Shown in pieces: positions 9,889-18,295 of a DNA stretch of 64,000 bases (the stretch's first letter is position 1; every line of letters begins with the position of its first letter). The stretch is taken from NCBI GenBank assembly GCA_963713045.1, contig CAVQKE010000003.1:256001-320000 (forward strand), in the 5' to 3' direction. The notes beneath the pieces were generated by a model. That model was not told where the DNA came from. It was given only the letters and a program-made list of their open reading frames with translations, and searched no databases. The DNA comes from an uncultured delta proteobacterium (GTDB taxonomy: Bacteria; Myxococcota; Myxococcia; Myxococcales; Myxococcaceae). The position numbers and the translations under genes were made by a program.

Positions 9889-9923
9889 CGACCTGGAGGC
9901 GCGTGCGGCGCGCCTCCAGGTCG
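9889..9923. terminator. perfect 15-bp stem-loop between convergent genes
   Basis: CGACCTGGAGGCGCG-TGCGG-CGCGCCTCCAGGTCG; no U-tract. Confidence 0.5.
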
Positions 9924-9930
9924 TGAGGCC

Positions 9931-10728
9931 TTAGCGCGCTTCGCCGCCCGAAAACAGCGCGCGGAACGACTCGCCCTGGAGCTCGGCAAAGCGCGAGAGC
10001 TTGGCTACATGCAGCTCGTGGCGCCGCTTCGCTTCGGCCTTCGCGGACTCGGCCCCGTTCTTGATGGCGGCCACCTGCGCCTGCCAGCGGTCCTCGAGGG
10101 CGTGGGCCTTCGCCTTGAGCTGCGCCTGGCGCTCTTTCTGTTTTGCCCCGAGCTCCTTAAGGTCCGCGTCGAGCCGGGCCTTCACCTCTCCCGTGGCCTG
10201 CTTGACCTCGGCCCTCACGTGCGCCTGCTCCTCTTTGAGCGCGTTCATCTCGGTCTTGATGTGCGCTGCCGCGATCTCGTCGGTGGTCTGGCGAATGACG
10301 ACTCCGCCGAAGGGCGCCATCGCCGTGTCGATGGGCACGGTCCAGTCTTCCCAGACGCTCGCGATGACGGCGTAGGTGCCCTCATTGAGCTTGCCGGCGA
10401 CCTGCCGCACGAAGTCTCCACCGATGCCCGAGTAAACGACGTCGGTCGTCAGGCCCGCCGCGCCGCCGATCGCAGCCCCGGCCGCTGCCCCAGCCGGACC
10501 CGCGAGGAGTCCCGTCAGGGCACCGAGGCTGGCGCCCAGCAACGTGCCCAACGGGCCGTCCGGTCCGTTGTCGCGCACGACCAGCACCTCGCCCTTCGCC
10601 TTCTTGATGACGGCCGATGAGTACAGCTCGATGGAGCCCTCCAGACTGAGTTGGCTCAGCGCCTTGATGGCCTCGTAGGCCGCTTGGTCGCTTTGAACGA
10701 TGACAACGATATCTCTGTCCATGGTCAA
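9931..10728 (-). CDS. DUF1269-like protein with glycine zipper and coiled-coil tail
   Basis: GTLLGASLGALTGLLAGPAGAAAGAAIGG...GIGGDFVRQVAGKL. Confidence 0.75.
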   Translation of the reverse strand: MTMDRDIVVIVQSDQAAYEAIKALSQLSLEGSIELYSSAVIKKAKGEVLVVRDNGPDGPLGTLLGASLGALTGLLAGPAGAAAGAAIGGAAGLTTDVVYSGIGGDFVRQVAGKLNEGTYAVIASVWEDWTVPIDTAMAPFGGVVIRQTTDEIAAAHIKTEMNALKEEQAHVRAEVKQATGEVKARLDADLKELGAKQKERQAQLKAKAHALEDRWQAQVAAIKNGAESAKAEAKRRHELHVAKLSRFAELQGESFRALFSGGEAR

Positions 10729-10800
10729 TTCTCCCTTGTCTCAGTTTGAGAACCGGCAGCCGGTGGCCCATCGGGTCGACTCGGTTCGACCCCACGGCGC

Positions 10801-10816
10801 TGCAACGAGCAAGCCA
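10801..10816 (-). promoter_or_regulatory. sigma54 -24/-12 promoter candidate for the DUF1269-like gene
   Basis: TGGCTTGCTCGTTGCA (GG-N10-GC). Confidence 0.55.
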
Positions 10817-10913
10817 GGCACTGACGGGAAATGGCCCCGTACTTGCACTGGTCGGATTTGTCGTAATGACACTGCTGTTCATCGTTCGCATCAATGAGTC
10901 TGCGAGGTTGCCA

Positions 10914-11282
10914 ATGGCGAACATCGTTCTGTGGGTGATTCATGGGCTCGTGGCCGTGGTCGTCGCCTTGACCGGCATTGTGAAAATCGTGATGCCGCGG
11001 GAGCGGCTTGCGGAACGCATGCACTGGGCGGGTTCGTGGCCTAGTTGGCGCATCAAGCTGCTGGGGCTAGCCGAGGTCCTGGGCGCAGTGGGGCTGGTTT
11101 TTCCCGCAGCGACCGGCATTGCGCCGGTGCTCACGCCGCTTGCTGCGGTCTGCCTCGCCGTGCTGATGGGAGGTGCAGTCCAGACGCACCGGCGCTTTCG
11201 CGAAGGCTTCGCGCCGGCCGCGGTCATAGGAGTCCTTTGCCTGGCCATCGCGGCCGTGCGCTTCGCCAGCGTGACCGCGTGA
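10914..11282 (+). CDS. DoxX family membrane protein
   Basis: LLGLAEVLGAVGLVFP...LTPLAA...MGGAVQTHRR. Confidence 0.85.
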   Translation: MANIVLWVIHGLVAVVVALTGIVKIVMPRERLAERMHWAGSWPSWRIKLLGLAEVLGAVGLVFPAATGIAPVLTPLAAVCLAVLMGGAVQTHRRFREGFAPAAVIGVLCLAIAAVRFASVTA

Positions 11283-11369
11283 GTAACAGCTTTGACGTCG
11301 GCTTCGGGACCGGGCGCGGCGCCGTCGTGGCAGCCTGCTTGGAGCGCGCGGCGTGCATACAGCTCGTGG

Positions 11370-11485
11370 CTCGAGGGCTGTGCGGCCGAGCTGTTGCAGT
11401 GTCGCGGGCGACTGTTTATGGCCTAATGAAGCCGCTCGGTAACAATGCGGCGCTGATCATTTAGAAGACAACCGTTGACGGCACA
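11370..11485 (-). repeat. 116-bp repeat copy 1, probable transposon terminus
   Basis: 15 mismatches and no gaps versus 16045-16160; the minus strand begins TGTG(C/T)CGTCAACGGTTGT. Confidence 0.75.
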
Positions 11486-11807
11486 CGTCGAGGCCGCAGG
11501 ACAATGAGGCGTTGGTGGAGGCCGCCGTGGACCGCTTCGGCGTCCTTCACATTGCGGTGAACAAACGCCGGCACCTCCGGCCCGATGGTGCCGAGCGCGG
11601 AGGGCGAAGGTGTTGGGCGTCAGCCTGTCGGGCGTGTTGGCATGCGCTCACAGATCCCCGCGCTAAAGGCGTCGGGTGGCGGATTCAACGTCAACATCGC
11701 CGCGGTGCTCGGCCAGCTCGGCCTGCGTAAATCGGCGGCGTACGTCGCGGCGAAGCACGGGGTCGTCGAGCTAGAACGCAGCGCTCGCGTACGCACTGGA
11801 CAAAGGG
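11485..11807 (+). pseudogene. SDR central fragment, frameshifted
   Basis: TSRPQDNEALVEAAVDRFGVLHIAVN/NAG then ...AAYVAAKHGVV (YxxxK). Confidence 0.75.
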
Positions 11808-11809
11808 AC

Positions 11810-11974
11810 CGTCGCTTGAGGCTTGCGCAGCGCGCCGTCTTCGATGATGTCGCACACGACGACGCGGGCTCCCGCTTCGCCTAGCTTGACAGCCACCTCC
11901 CTGCCGATACGGCGGCCGGCTCCGGTGACAAGCGCGACTCTTCCCTCGAGCAACACGACGTTCTCTCTTCTCAC
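11810..11974 (-). pseudogene. SDR N-terminal fragment
   Basis: LEGRVALVTGAGRRIGREVA...VVVCDI; start overlaps the yceI-family stop. Confidence 0.75.
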
Positions 11975-12519
11975 GCTACGAGCTGCGCTGGCTGTTTTAC
12001 GGCCTCGACTTCGATCTCCACGTCCACCTGGTCGCCGACCACGGTGCCGCCCTCACCGAGGAGCCGGTTCCAGGTAACCCCGAAGTCACGCCGGTCGAGC
12101 GACACTGTGGCGGTGAAGCCGGCACGCTCGTTGCCCCAGGGGTCCTTGGCGCGGCCGGTCAGCTTCACGTCGAGCACCACCTCTCGAGTGGCCCCGCGGA
12201 TGCACAAGTCGCCCGCCATCCGGAACCTGTTGGCGCCCGACGCCTTCACTCGAGAGCTCTGGAAGGTGACCTCGGGGTAGTTTCGGACGGCGAGGAACTC
12301 GTCCGACTTGAGATGCCGGTCGCGCTCGTCCAGACCGGTCTCGATGCTCGACGCGTCGATCACCGCCGCGACGCGCGCGCCCGCCAAGTCCTCGCCGTCC
12401 ACTTCGATCCGAGCACTCCAGCGCGTAAACCTGCCCCGGACCTTCGCCAGCATCATGTGGCGCACCGAAAAGTGAAGGCCCGAATGCCCGCTGTCGACGG
12501 CCCAGCGCTCCGTGTTCAT
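11971..12519 (-). CDS. YceI family polyisoprenoid-binding protein
   Basis: VDSGHS..FSVRHMM..VRGRF, RDRHLKSDEF, DPWGNERAGF. Confidence 0.92.
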   Translation of the reverse strand: MNTERWAVDSGHSGLHFSVRHMMLAKVRGRFTRWSARIEVDGEDLAGARVAAVIDASSIETGLDERDRHLKSDEFLAVRNYPEVTFQSSRVKASGANRFRMAGDLCIRGATREVVLDVKLTGRAKDPWGNERAGFTATVSLDRRDFGVTWNRLLGEGGTVVGDQVDVEIEVEAVKQPAQLVA

Positions 12520-12532
12520 GCGCGGGTGTCAA

Positions 12533-12549
12533 AGCAATCCGCAGACCAA
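12533..12549 (-). promoter_or_regulatory. sigma54 -24/-12 promoter of the yceI-family gene
   Basis: TTGGTCTGCGGATTGCT (GG-N10-GC), same offset from ATG as the 8058-8073 site. Confidence 0.7.
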
Positions 12550-12601
12550 CGGGGCAACCCATGACTTGCGACGACGGCGCAGCGCCCGGCGCGCGACCAC
12601 A

Positions 12602-12635
12602 CTCTCATTACGATAGTGAGCTCTCAGTTTGATAG
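12602..12635. promoter_or_regulatory. paired putative activator binding sites (UAS)
   Basis: CTCTCATTACGATAG and CTCTCAGTTTGATAG; related sites at about 8116-8149. Confidence 0.5.
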
Positions 12636-12644
12636 GGGGCTCAA

Positions 12645-12728
12645 ATGCGCGCGGCGGACTTGAACTTGAGGGAGTTGCTCTCTGGCGAGGAGGAGGCAGT
12701 TATCCGGTTTGCGGGCGAGCGCGCGCTG
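12645..12728 (+). pseudogene. truncated paralog of the XylR-like activator (first ~28 codons)
   Basis: MRAADLNLRELLSGEEEAVIRFAGERA versus MRAADLDLRELLSMERPGVLRFAGQRA. Confidence 0.8.
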
Positions 12729-12805
12729 AAGGACGACCTAAGCGCAGTCGCTAAAGGCCTATATTTTCCGGCCTCATCCAACCCAAGGGCGGCTCGCTGC
12801 CGCAA

Positions 12806-12821
12806 CGGCACGGCGATTGCT
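12806..12821 (+). promoter_or_regulatory. sigma54 -24/-12 promoter
   Basis: CGGCACGGCGATTGCT upstream of the SnoaL-like gene. Confidence 0.7.
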
Positions 12822-12854
12822 TTGAGTCCAGGTGAACTCAACAGGAGTCAAACC

Positions 12855-13397
12855 ATGAAGAGCAATCAATCCGTTAGCCGCAGATCCATCGAGGAGAGTC
12901 AGATGATCAAGAGTGTCGACCGCGGTGACAGCCGAGCCGTGCGCAACCTGGAGAACGTCATCACTTGGAACGATATGATGATCAACCAGAAGCGGCCGAA
13001 GGAAGCGATCGAGAAGTACACGCGTCCGGATTACATCCAGCACAATCCCCTGCTTGTGGACGGTCGCCAGGGGATCATCAACTACTTCACAAAAGTCACG
13101 ACGGAGCATAAGAACGCCCGCCTCGTGTACCACCGCGCCATCGCCACCGGTGACTACGTGTACACCCACGGCGTGTTCTACAACTTCATCGATGACAATC
13201 CCGACGACCACGGGATGGCAGTCGTCGACATCTTCCGGATGGACGACGAAGGCAAAGCGGCTGAGCACTGGGACGTGCTGCAACTCGTCGGCGATCCGAA
13301 GTCCAACGTCGCTCCGCCTTTCGGGCCTGCGGTCTTCGGAAAGCCTGTTCCCGCCCAGAACCTCAACGGCATGGTCGAAGGCACAGACGAATCGTAA
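12855..13397 (+). CDS. SnoaL-like/NTF2 family protein
   Basis: YIQHNP..DG...AVVDIFR..DEGKAAEHWDVLQ; AGGAG RBS. Confidence 0.85.
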   Translation: MKSNQSVSRRSIEESQMIKSVDRGDSRAVRNLENVITWNDMMINQKRPKEAIEKYTRPDYIQHNPLLVDGRQGIINYFTKVTTEHKNARLVYHRAIATGDYVYTHGVFYNFIDDNPDDHGMAVVDIFRMDDEGKAAEHWDVLQLVGDPKSNVAPPFGPAVFGKPVPAQNLNGMVEGTDES

Positions 13398-13583
13398 ACT
13401 GACGGCCGGCCCCGGCCGGGTAGACCCGCGCCCGGCCGGGGCCGAGCTGTTCTGGTCAGGATGAACGAAACAAGAACGCCTTCAGTTCCGGCCCAGCAGG
13501 CCATCACAGCGGCATTGCCGCCGACGCACGCGTTCGGCGGGCGTTTCCGGCCCAGGGCTCAATCACGCAGAAAGGAGCGCAGC

Positions 13584-14516
13584 ATGCGTGCAGCAGTCGT
13601 TGATGCCCTTGGTGACGTCCCGGTCGTCGTCAAGTTCGCCGATCCCACAGGCGACGACGTGGCAGAGGTCGTCGCCGCCCCGTTGAACCCGTCCGACTTA
13701 ATGGTCGTGGCCGGACAGATGGCCGCCCGGCGGCCCTCTCCCCCGTTCATCGCCGGCGTTGAAGGCATCGCTCGCCTCACGGACGGCACGTTATCCTACT
13801 TCACCGGCCCGAGGCTGCCCTATGGCTCCCTCGCCGAGCGCGTGCCGCTGGCCGGAGCGGAAACCTACACGGTGCCAGCCGGCCTCGACCCGGCATTCGC
13901 GGCAGCGCTCGGGGTATCCGGTATCGCCGCCTGGCTCTCGCTGACCAACACCGGCCGCCTCACGCCCGGGGAACGGGTGCTCATCCTGGGCGCCGAGGGA
14001 CAGGTCGGGCAACTGGCAACCCAGCTCGCGCGGCTGCTGGGCGCATCGCAGGTCGTCGGTGCGGTCCGAGCCGACCAGCACCGCCGAGTGGTCCTCGAGC
14101 ATGGCGCGGATGCCGCCGTGTCGACAGCCGAACTGGACACCCTCAGCGAACGGCTACGGGCGGTGGTAGGCGACGGCATCGATTCGATCCTCGACTTGGT
14201 CTGGGGGCCGGTCATCGCCCATGCGATCGACGTGGCTCGTCTGCGCGCCCGGGTCGTCCAGGTCGGCAACGCCGCAGGCGCGACGGCGACGCTCGCAGCG
14301 CCAATCTTTCGCAACAAGCTGGTCAGCATCCTGCCGCACGCCAACTGGACCTTCCCCGCCGCGGAGCGCGCCGCCGCTTTTGAACAGCTCGCGGCGTACG
14401 CCCATAGTGGCGCGCTGCGCCTCGACGTCGAACGCGTGCCCCTCAACGACGCTGCGTCGGCGTGGACGCGGCTCGCGGCCGGCACCGCCACCCGCAAGCT
14501 CGTCATCATCCCATAG
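13584..14516 (+). CDS. MDR family quinone oxidoreductase-like protein
   Basis: PLNPSD, GVEG, GAEGQVGQLATQLARLLGA; no Zn-binding cysteines. Confidence 0.85.
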   Translation: MRAAVVDALGDVPVVVKFADPTGDDVAEVVAAPLNPSDLMVVAGQMAARRPSPPFIAGVEGIARLTDGTLSYFTGPRLPYGSLAERVPLAGAETYTVPAGLDPAFAAALGVSGIAAWLSLTNTGRLTPGERVLILGAEGQVGQLATQLARLLGASQVVGAVRADQHRRVVLEHGADAAVSTAELDTLSERLRAVVGDGIDSILDLVWGPVIAHAIDVARLRARVVQVGNAAGATATLAAPIFRNKLVSILPHANWTFPAAERAAAFEQLAAYAHSGALRLDVERVPLNDAASAWTRLAAGTATRKLVIIP

Positions 14517-14529
14517 AGAGGAGTCGAAC

Positions 14530-15405
14530 ATGACCACCGATGTGAGAAGCAACAATGCCCCCGCCGCCGCGATCACCGGGGCCGGAGCAGGGTTGGGACG
14601 ACAGATCGCCCTCGGCCTCGCCGAACAGGGCTACCGGGTGTTCGGCACCGCGTTGTCCTCCCAGGAGGTCGAAGACCTCCGGAAGGCTTCAGACGGATCC
14701 GTGCGACTGACGATTGTCGACGTAACCGACGACCAAGCGGTGCACTCGTGGGCGGAGCAGACCACCGGTGAGCTCGGCGACCACGGGCTCGACGTGCTGA
14801 TCAGTAACGCCGGCATCCTCACCCCAGGTCCACTCGAGGTGCTGCCCCTCCACGCGATACGCCACGAGTTCGACGTGAACATGTTCGGCAGCCTTGTCGT
14901 CATCAACGCCTTGCTCCCCGCTCTGCGCAGGGCCCGAGGACGGATCGTCCAGGTCGGCTCGGCGACTGGCAAATTCCCCCTCCCGTTCAACGGCCCGTCC
15001 AGCGCATCGAAAGCGGCGCTCGAAGCGTTCGCCGACGTCTACCGGGCCGAGCTCAAGCCGTTCGGCGTCCACTTCGTGATCGTGGAGCCAGGCAACATGG
15101 CCACCGGCGGCCCGGCGGCCACCGCCCGCGCGCTACAGAAGACAGCCGAATCCATGACGGCCCAGGAGCGCGCGCTCTACGGCGACGCCTTCGCCGCGTT
15201 CAGCGCCACGTTCAACAGCATGCAAACCGGTGGACTCGACGCCGCCACGGCAGCGGCACGCGTCATCCAGGTTGCCCAGCAACAGCCTGCGCCGATCCGC
15301 GTAGCGATCGGAGCGGACGCCGACCAACTCATGAAGGCCGTCCACGAACAGACTGACGAAGAGCTCGACGCTCTCCGCATGCGAGTCGCTGGACTGGACA
15401 CCTAG
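14530..15405 (+). CDS. short-chain dehydrogenase/reductase
   Basis: TGAGAGLG, SNAG, EPG; the usual YxxxK position reads SSASK. Confidence 0.85.
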   Translation: MTTDVRSNNAPAAAITGAGAGLGRQIALGLAEQGYRVFGTALSSQEVEDLRKASDGSVRLTIVDVTDDQAVHSWAEQTTGELGDHGLDVLISNAGILTPGPLEVLPLHAIRHEFDVNMFGSLVVINALLPALRRARGRIVQVGSATGKFPLPFNGPSSASKAALEAFADVYRAELKPFGVHFVIVEPGNMATGGPAATARALQKTAESMTAQERALYGDAFAAFSATFNSMQTGGLDAATAAARVIQVAQQQPAPIRVAIGADADQLMKAVHEQTDEELDALRMRVAGLDT

Positions 15406-15567
15406 TGTTAGTCTAGCGCTCCCTGTCGCAGCGTCGGCTTCGTAAAAGCTACGACAGATGGAGCCGTTGGACGGTCTTGAGCGTTGGAGGGTCCTCCAGT
15501 CGTGTAATAATTACCGAGGGTAGCGCGCGTCGGGAATACCGCTGGAGTCGGACCTTCAGTGCCCTTT

Positions 15568-15598
15568 ACGCCGGAGGCCACGGGGTTCAAGTCGCGTC
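15568..15598 (+). other. degenerate 3' half of a different tRNA (tRNA-Asp-like), possible att relic
   Basis: ACGCCGGAGGCCACGGGGTTCAAGTCGCGTC resembles anticodon 3' arm, variable loop and T-arm. Confidence 0.45.
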
Positions 15599-16044
15599 TG
15601 CATTGCGCGTCTTTTGGAATGGCTCCCGCGACCTCAGTCCGAGGCCCAGACGAAAGCCTCAAGATCCTCAAGGCGGATACGAATGGCGTTGCTAGCCGCA
15701 CCTTGGGCGAGCTGGCCTCGCCCACAAAGCCCATAGACCGTAAATGCCGCGACACGCGAACGCTCAGGAGGCGAACCCGCTCCTGAGGGACGACCGTGAG
15801 ACGCGCTCTGCCCCCCCTGAAGGCCGGGCCGCCGCTCTTAGCCACCACAGAAGGCGGTGAACACCGGGTGAACAGAAAGGTCGTCCAGGGAGTCTTTGAG
15901 CGTCGGTTTGTCTCGAGGGCCCTGCCCCACCCCCAGTAGTTGTGAATGGTTGGACGCGTGCGGGCGGCGGCGGACAGTCGATGTGGCTGCCTCCGGAGCC
16001 GAGGCCTGGGGCCAGGCGCGCCGCATCGACTCGACGCTGAGCGT

Positions 16045-16160
16045 CTCGAGGGCTGAGTGGCCGCGCTGTTGCACTTTCGCGGGCGACTGTTGATGGCCTG
16101 GTGGTGCCGCTCGGTCACGATGCGGCGCTGATCACTTAGAAAACAACCGTTGACGACACA
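16045..16160 (-). repeat. 116-bp repeat copy 2, probable transposon terminus
   Basis: 87% identical to 11370-11485, same orientation. Confidence 0.75.
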
Positions 16161-16354
16161 TCCGGCGGACAAAAGGCCCCGGCTAACAGTTGGGCGGAGA
16201 GCGCATCGGGTACATCTCGACTCTCCCGGCGGAGAGCGATTCGCCAGGCCCTTGAAATGACCGCGACGACCGTCGGAGCGGGTTTGCGGGTGTTCAGCGC
16301 GCGGTAGCCAAACTCAATGCGCGACCACCCGCTGGGGACCGTCGCCTTGAGGCA

Positions 16355-16879
16355 CTACCGTGGACCAGGAGGAGTCGAGACGACGTCGACGGCGATTGCC
16401 CAGGAGTTGCGGATAGCGAGTGTAAGCAGCGACAACATGCCGGCAGCCACGAAGGCGAGCGCGTGTTGGCTTCCCTGAAGCAGGAGAACGGCGCCAGCTA
16501 CGAGAAGACTGTCAGCCGCAATAGGAAGGAGCACGAATTGGAGAGGCTCAGAGCCGGCGTAGGTGTGCCGTTCACCACCTCGCCTGACCAACAACGAAAC
16601 TTCATAAGTCCAGCCGAGAAGACCCACGAGGCCGACGCAAATGGCAGCGGAAAACTGCGTGTGATTTGGAAACATCAAAACAGTGGCGACGCCGAGTACC
16701 GAGCCGAAAAGGACGACCGTGGGCGTAAGGTACAAACGAATCTTGTCGACATCCTCCGGAGGGGAGCGCTCGGCGGCGATTGTGATGACTACAAACAGCA
16801 GTCCGATTAACGTCGCGGCTGCTGTCGAGGTGGCGAGATAGAAGTTCGCCCATCGGTCAAGAGACAGCTCCGTCTGCAT
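16355..16879 (-). CDS. hypothetical multi-pass membrane protein
   Basis: WANFY...AAATLIGLLFVVITI...IRNSW; about five TM segments; GGAGG RBS. Confidence 0.75.
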   Translation of the reverse strand: MQTELSLDRWANFYLATSTAAATLIGLLFVVITIAAERSPPEDVDKIRLYLTPTVVLFGSVLGVATVLMFPNHTQFSAAICVGLVGLLGWTYEVSLLVRRGGERHTYAGSEPLQFVLLPIAADSLLVAGAVLLLQGSQHALAFVAAGMLSLLTLAIRNSWAIAVDVVSTPPGPR

Positions 16880-17224
16880 TGAGGGCCCTCCCCGATGCTG
16901 CGTCTAAACGGGCACGGATGGAGTCTAATTCTGCGGGTCCCCCCTGCGGATGCCCACAGTCTACCAGCAGAGACGCCTGCATCTTTCGTTCGGAGTCCGC
17001 ACGAGCGCCGCCGGTCTGAGGCTACTTCGACTCCGCAGGAAAGCGGTCTGGCGCAAAAACCTCGGCCTGATGCCGGGGCTCGGCTCCTTCTAGGCAGCAG
17101 GGTGGTGCAAAAGCTGAAGGTTTGCGCCGCCGCTGCTGCGGAGGTTCTGGGAGCACATCGACGACCGCATTGGCCTTCTTCGACGCGCTTAGACTTGCAT
17201 GGAGGGCCCAAAAGTCGCTTGAGA

Positions 17225-17249
17225 GGGTTCGAATCCCGGCAGGATCATT
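17225..17249 (+). repeat. tRNA 3'-end fragment / att-core copy D
   Basis: GGGTTCGAATCCCGGCAGGATCATT (2 mismatches); upstream AGTCGCTTGAGA resembles A and B; followed by AGTGGCAACC x2. Confidence 0.8.
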
Positions 17250-17301
17250 TTACTTAGTAGTAGTGGCAACCAAAGTGGCAACCGAGCTGGCCCGGCGGCC
17301 C

Positions 17302-17356
17302 CTCTGAGCTGGGCGGGTTCTGGGAGGTCTACTGCGAGGTCTCCGCGACGACTCGC
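17302..17356 (+). pseudogene. 55-bp internal fragment of the vapC at 4929-5366
   Basis: 52/55 identical to 5177-5231. Confidence 0.85.
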
Positions 17357-17402
17357 CCAGCGCCACAGTCGAGAGCTTAGGCCATCGGGCCCGGCGGGAC
17401 CG

Positions 17403-17696
17403 CTACGGCCCGGCATCGTACTTATACAGGCCGCAGTACTTACACCGGAAGTCTCCAAGCCATCGGCCGCAGAGCGGCTGATGGCATCTGGGACACGTCC
17501 ACAGCTGAAGCGAGAGCGTGCCCACCACGAAAGATGAGACGCCGGCGATTATGAGCCACCCCACGCTCCGCTCCGGCAAATGGTACCAGTGCCCGTTCGG
17601 CCCAAGGACGGTGAGGACCAGCATCGACATCAGGAAGACCCAGCGGCGGCGGCGAAACCGTCGCCAGGCCAAGGCATAAGGTCCGTCCGCCGTCAT
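17403..17696 (-). CDS. small membrane protein with zinc-ribbon-like tail
   Basis: Two TM segments followed by CPRC...CKYC. Confidence 0.5.
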   Translation of the reverse strand: MTADGPYALAWRRFRRRRWVFLMSMLVLTVLGPNGHWYHLPERSVGWLIIAGVSSFVVGTLSLQLWTCPRCHQPLCGRWLGDFRCKYCGLYKYDAGP

Positions 17697-18180
17697 CGCT
17701 TCGCCGCCCGTGCCCTCTTCCGGTCCTGCCTTATCAGTTGCCGGTAGCGCTGGTACTGCAGGAGCTGCAGGTACGCGAGGGGGTTGAGTCCCAGCTTCAC
17801 GGCGTCCCTCTCCAGCCGGGCCGCGACAAACGCCAGTCCGCCTGCGTGCGATTGCTTGTCGACACTTAGACCATTTTGAGTCCTATTTGAGACTAACACA
17901 GGACTCAGACTAGGACAAGAGGACCCTAAGGCACGCCGCAAACTTGGGGGCCCCCCCAACCTGTCGGGAGGCCAAGGCCCCCATCCGACCGCCTCAAAGC
18001 AGGGCCAGGAGGCATGAGCCGCTGCTGCTGGCGCATCCCCTCAGGCCCATCCTTCCGGTCGCCGATGCGACCGAACGCGCAGCTGCCAATCTCTGCCGGG
18101 CTGCGGGAGAACGCTACGCCACTAGCGCCGCGCTGACGATTGTTGATGGCTGCTTCCCTTTGCAGACGAGCGCCGAGTTA

Positions 18181-18256
18181 TAGACTGTTGAGTCTACAAC
18201 GATTCCCATTGTCATTGCGGCCGCCTGATGCCGACCATTATAGACCGATCAGTCTA
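18181..18256. promoter_or_regulatory. two TetR (NemR/ComR-like) operator palindromes
   Basis: TAGACTGTTGAGTCTA (18181-18196) and TAGACCGATCAGTCTA (18241-18256), upstream of the SDR-TetR pair. Confidence 0.75.
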
Positions 18257-18295
18257 AAACAGCAGGCGCTTCAAACAAACCGCGAGGGCACACGA

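Noticed and set aside
12645..13397. Activator-SnoaL fusion protein as called in the ORF track
   Set aside because: A sigma54 promoter and an RBS lie inside the ORF before ATG 12855; the upstream part is an activator stump that happens to be in frame.
17760..17820. KLGLNPLAYL on the minus strand, resembling an IS66 transposase C-terminus
   Set aside because: Too short, with no other IS66 motifs or ends nearby.
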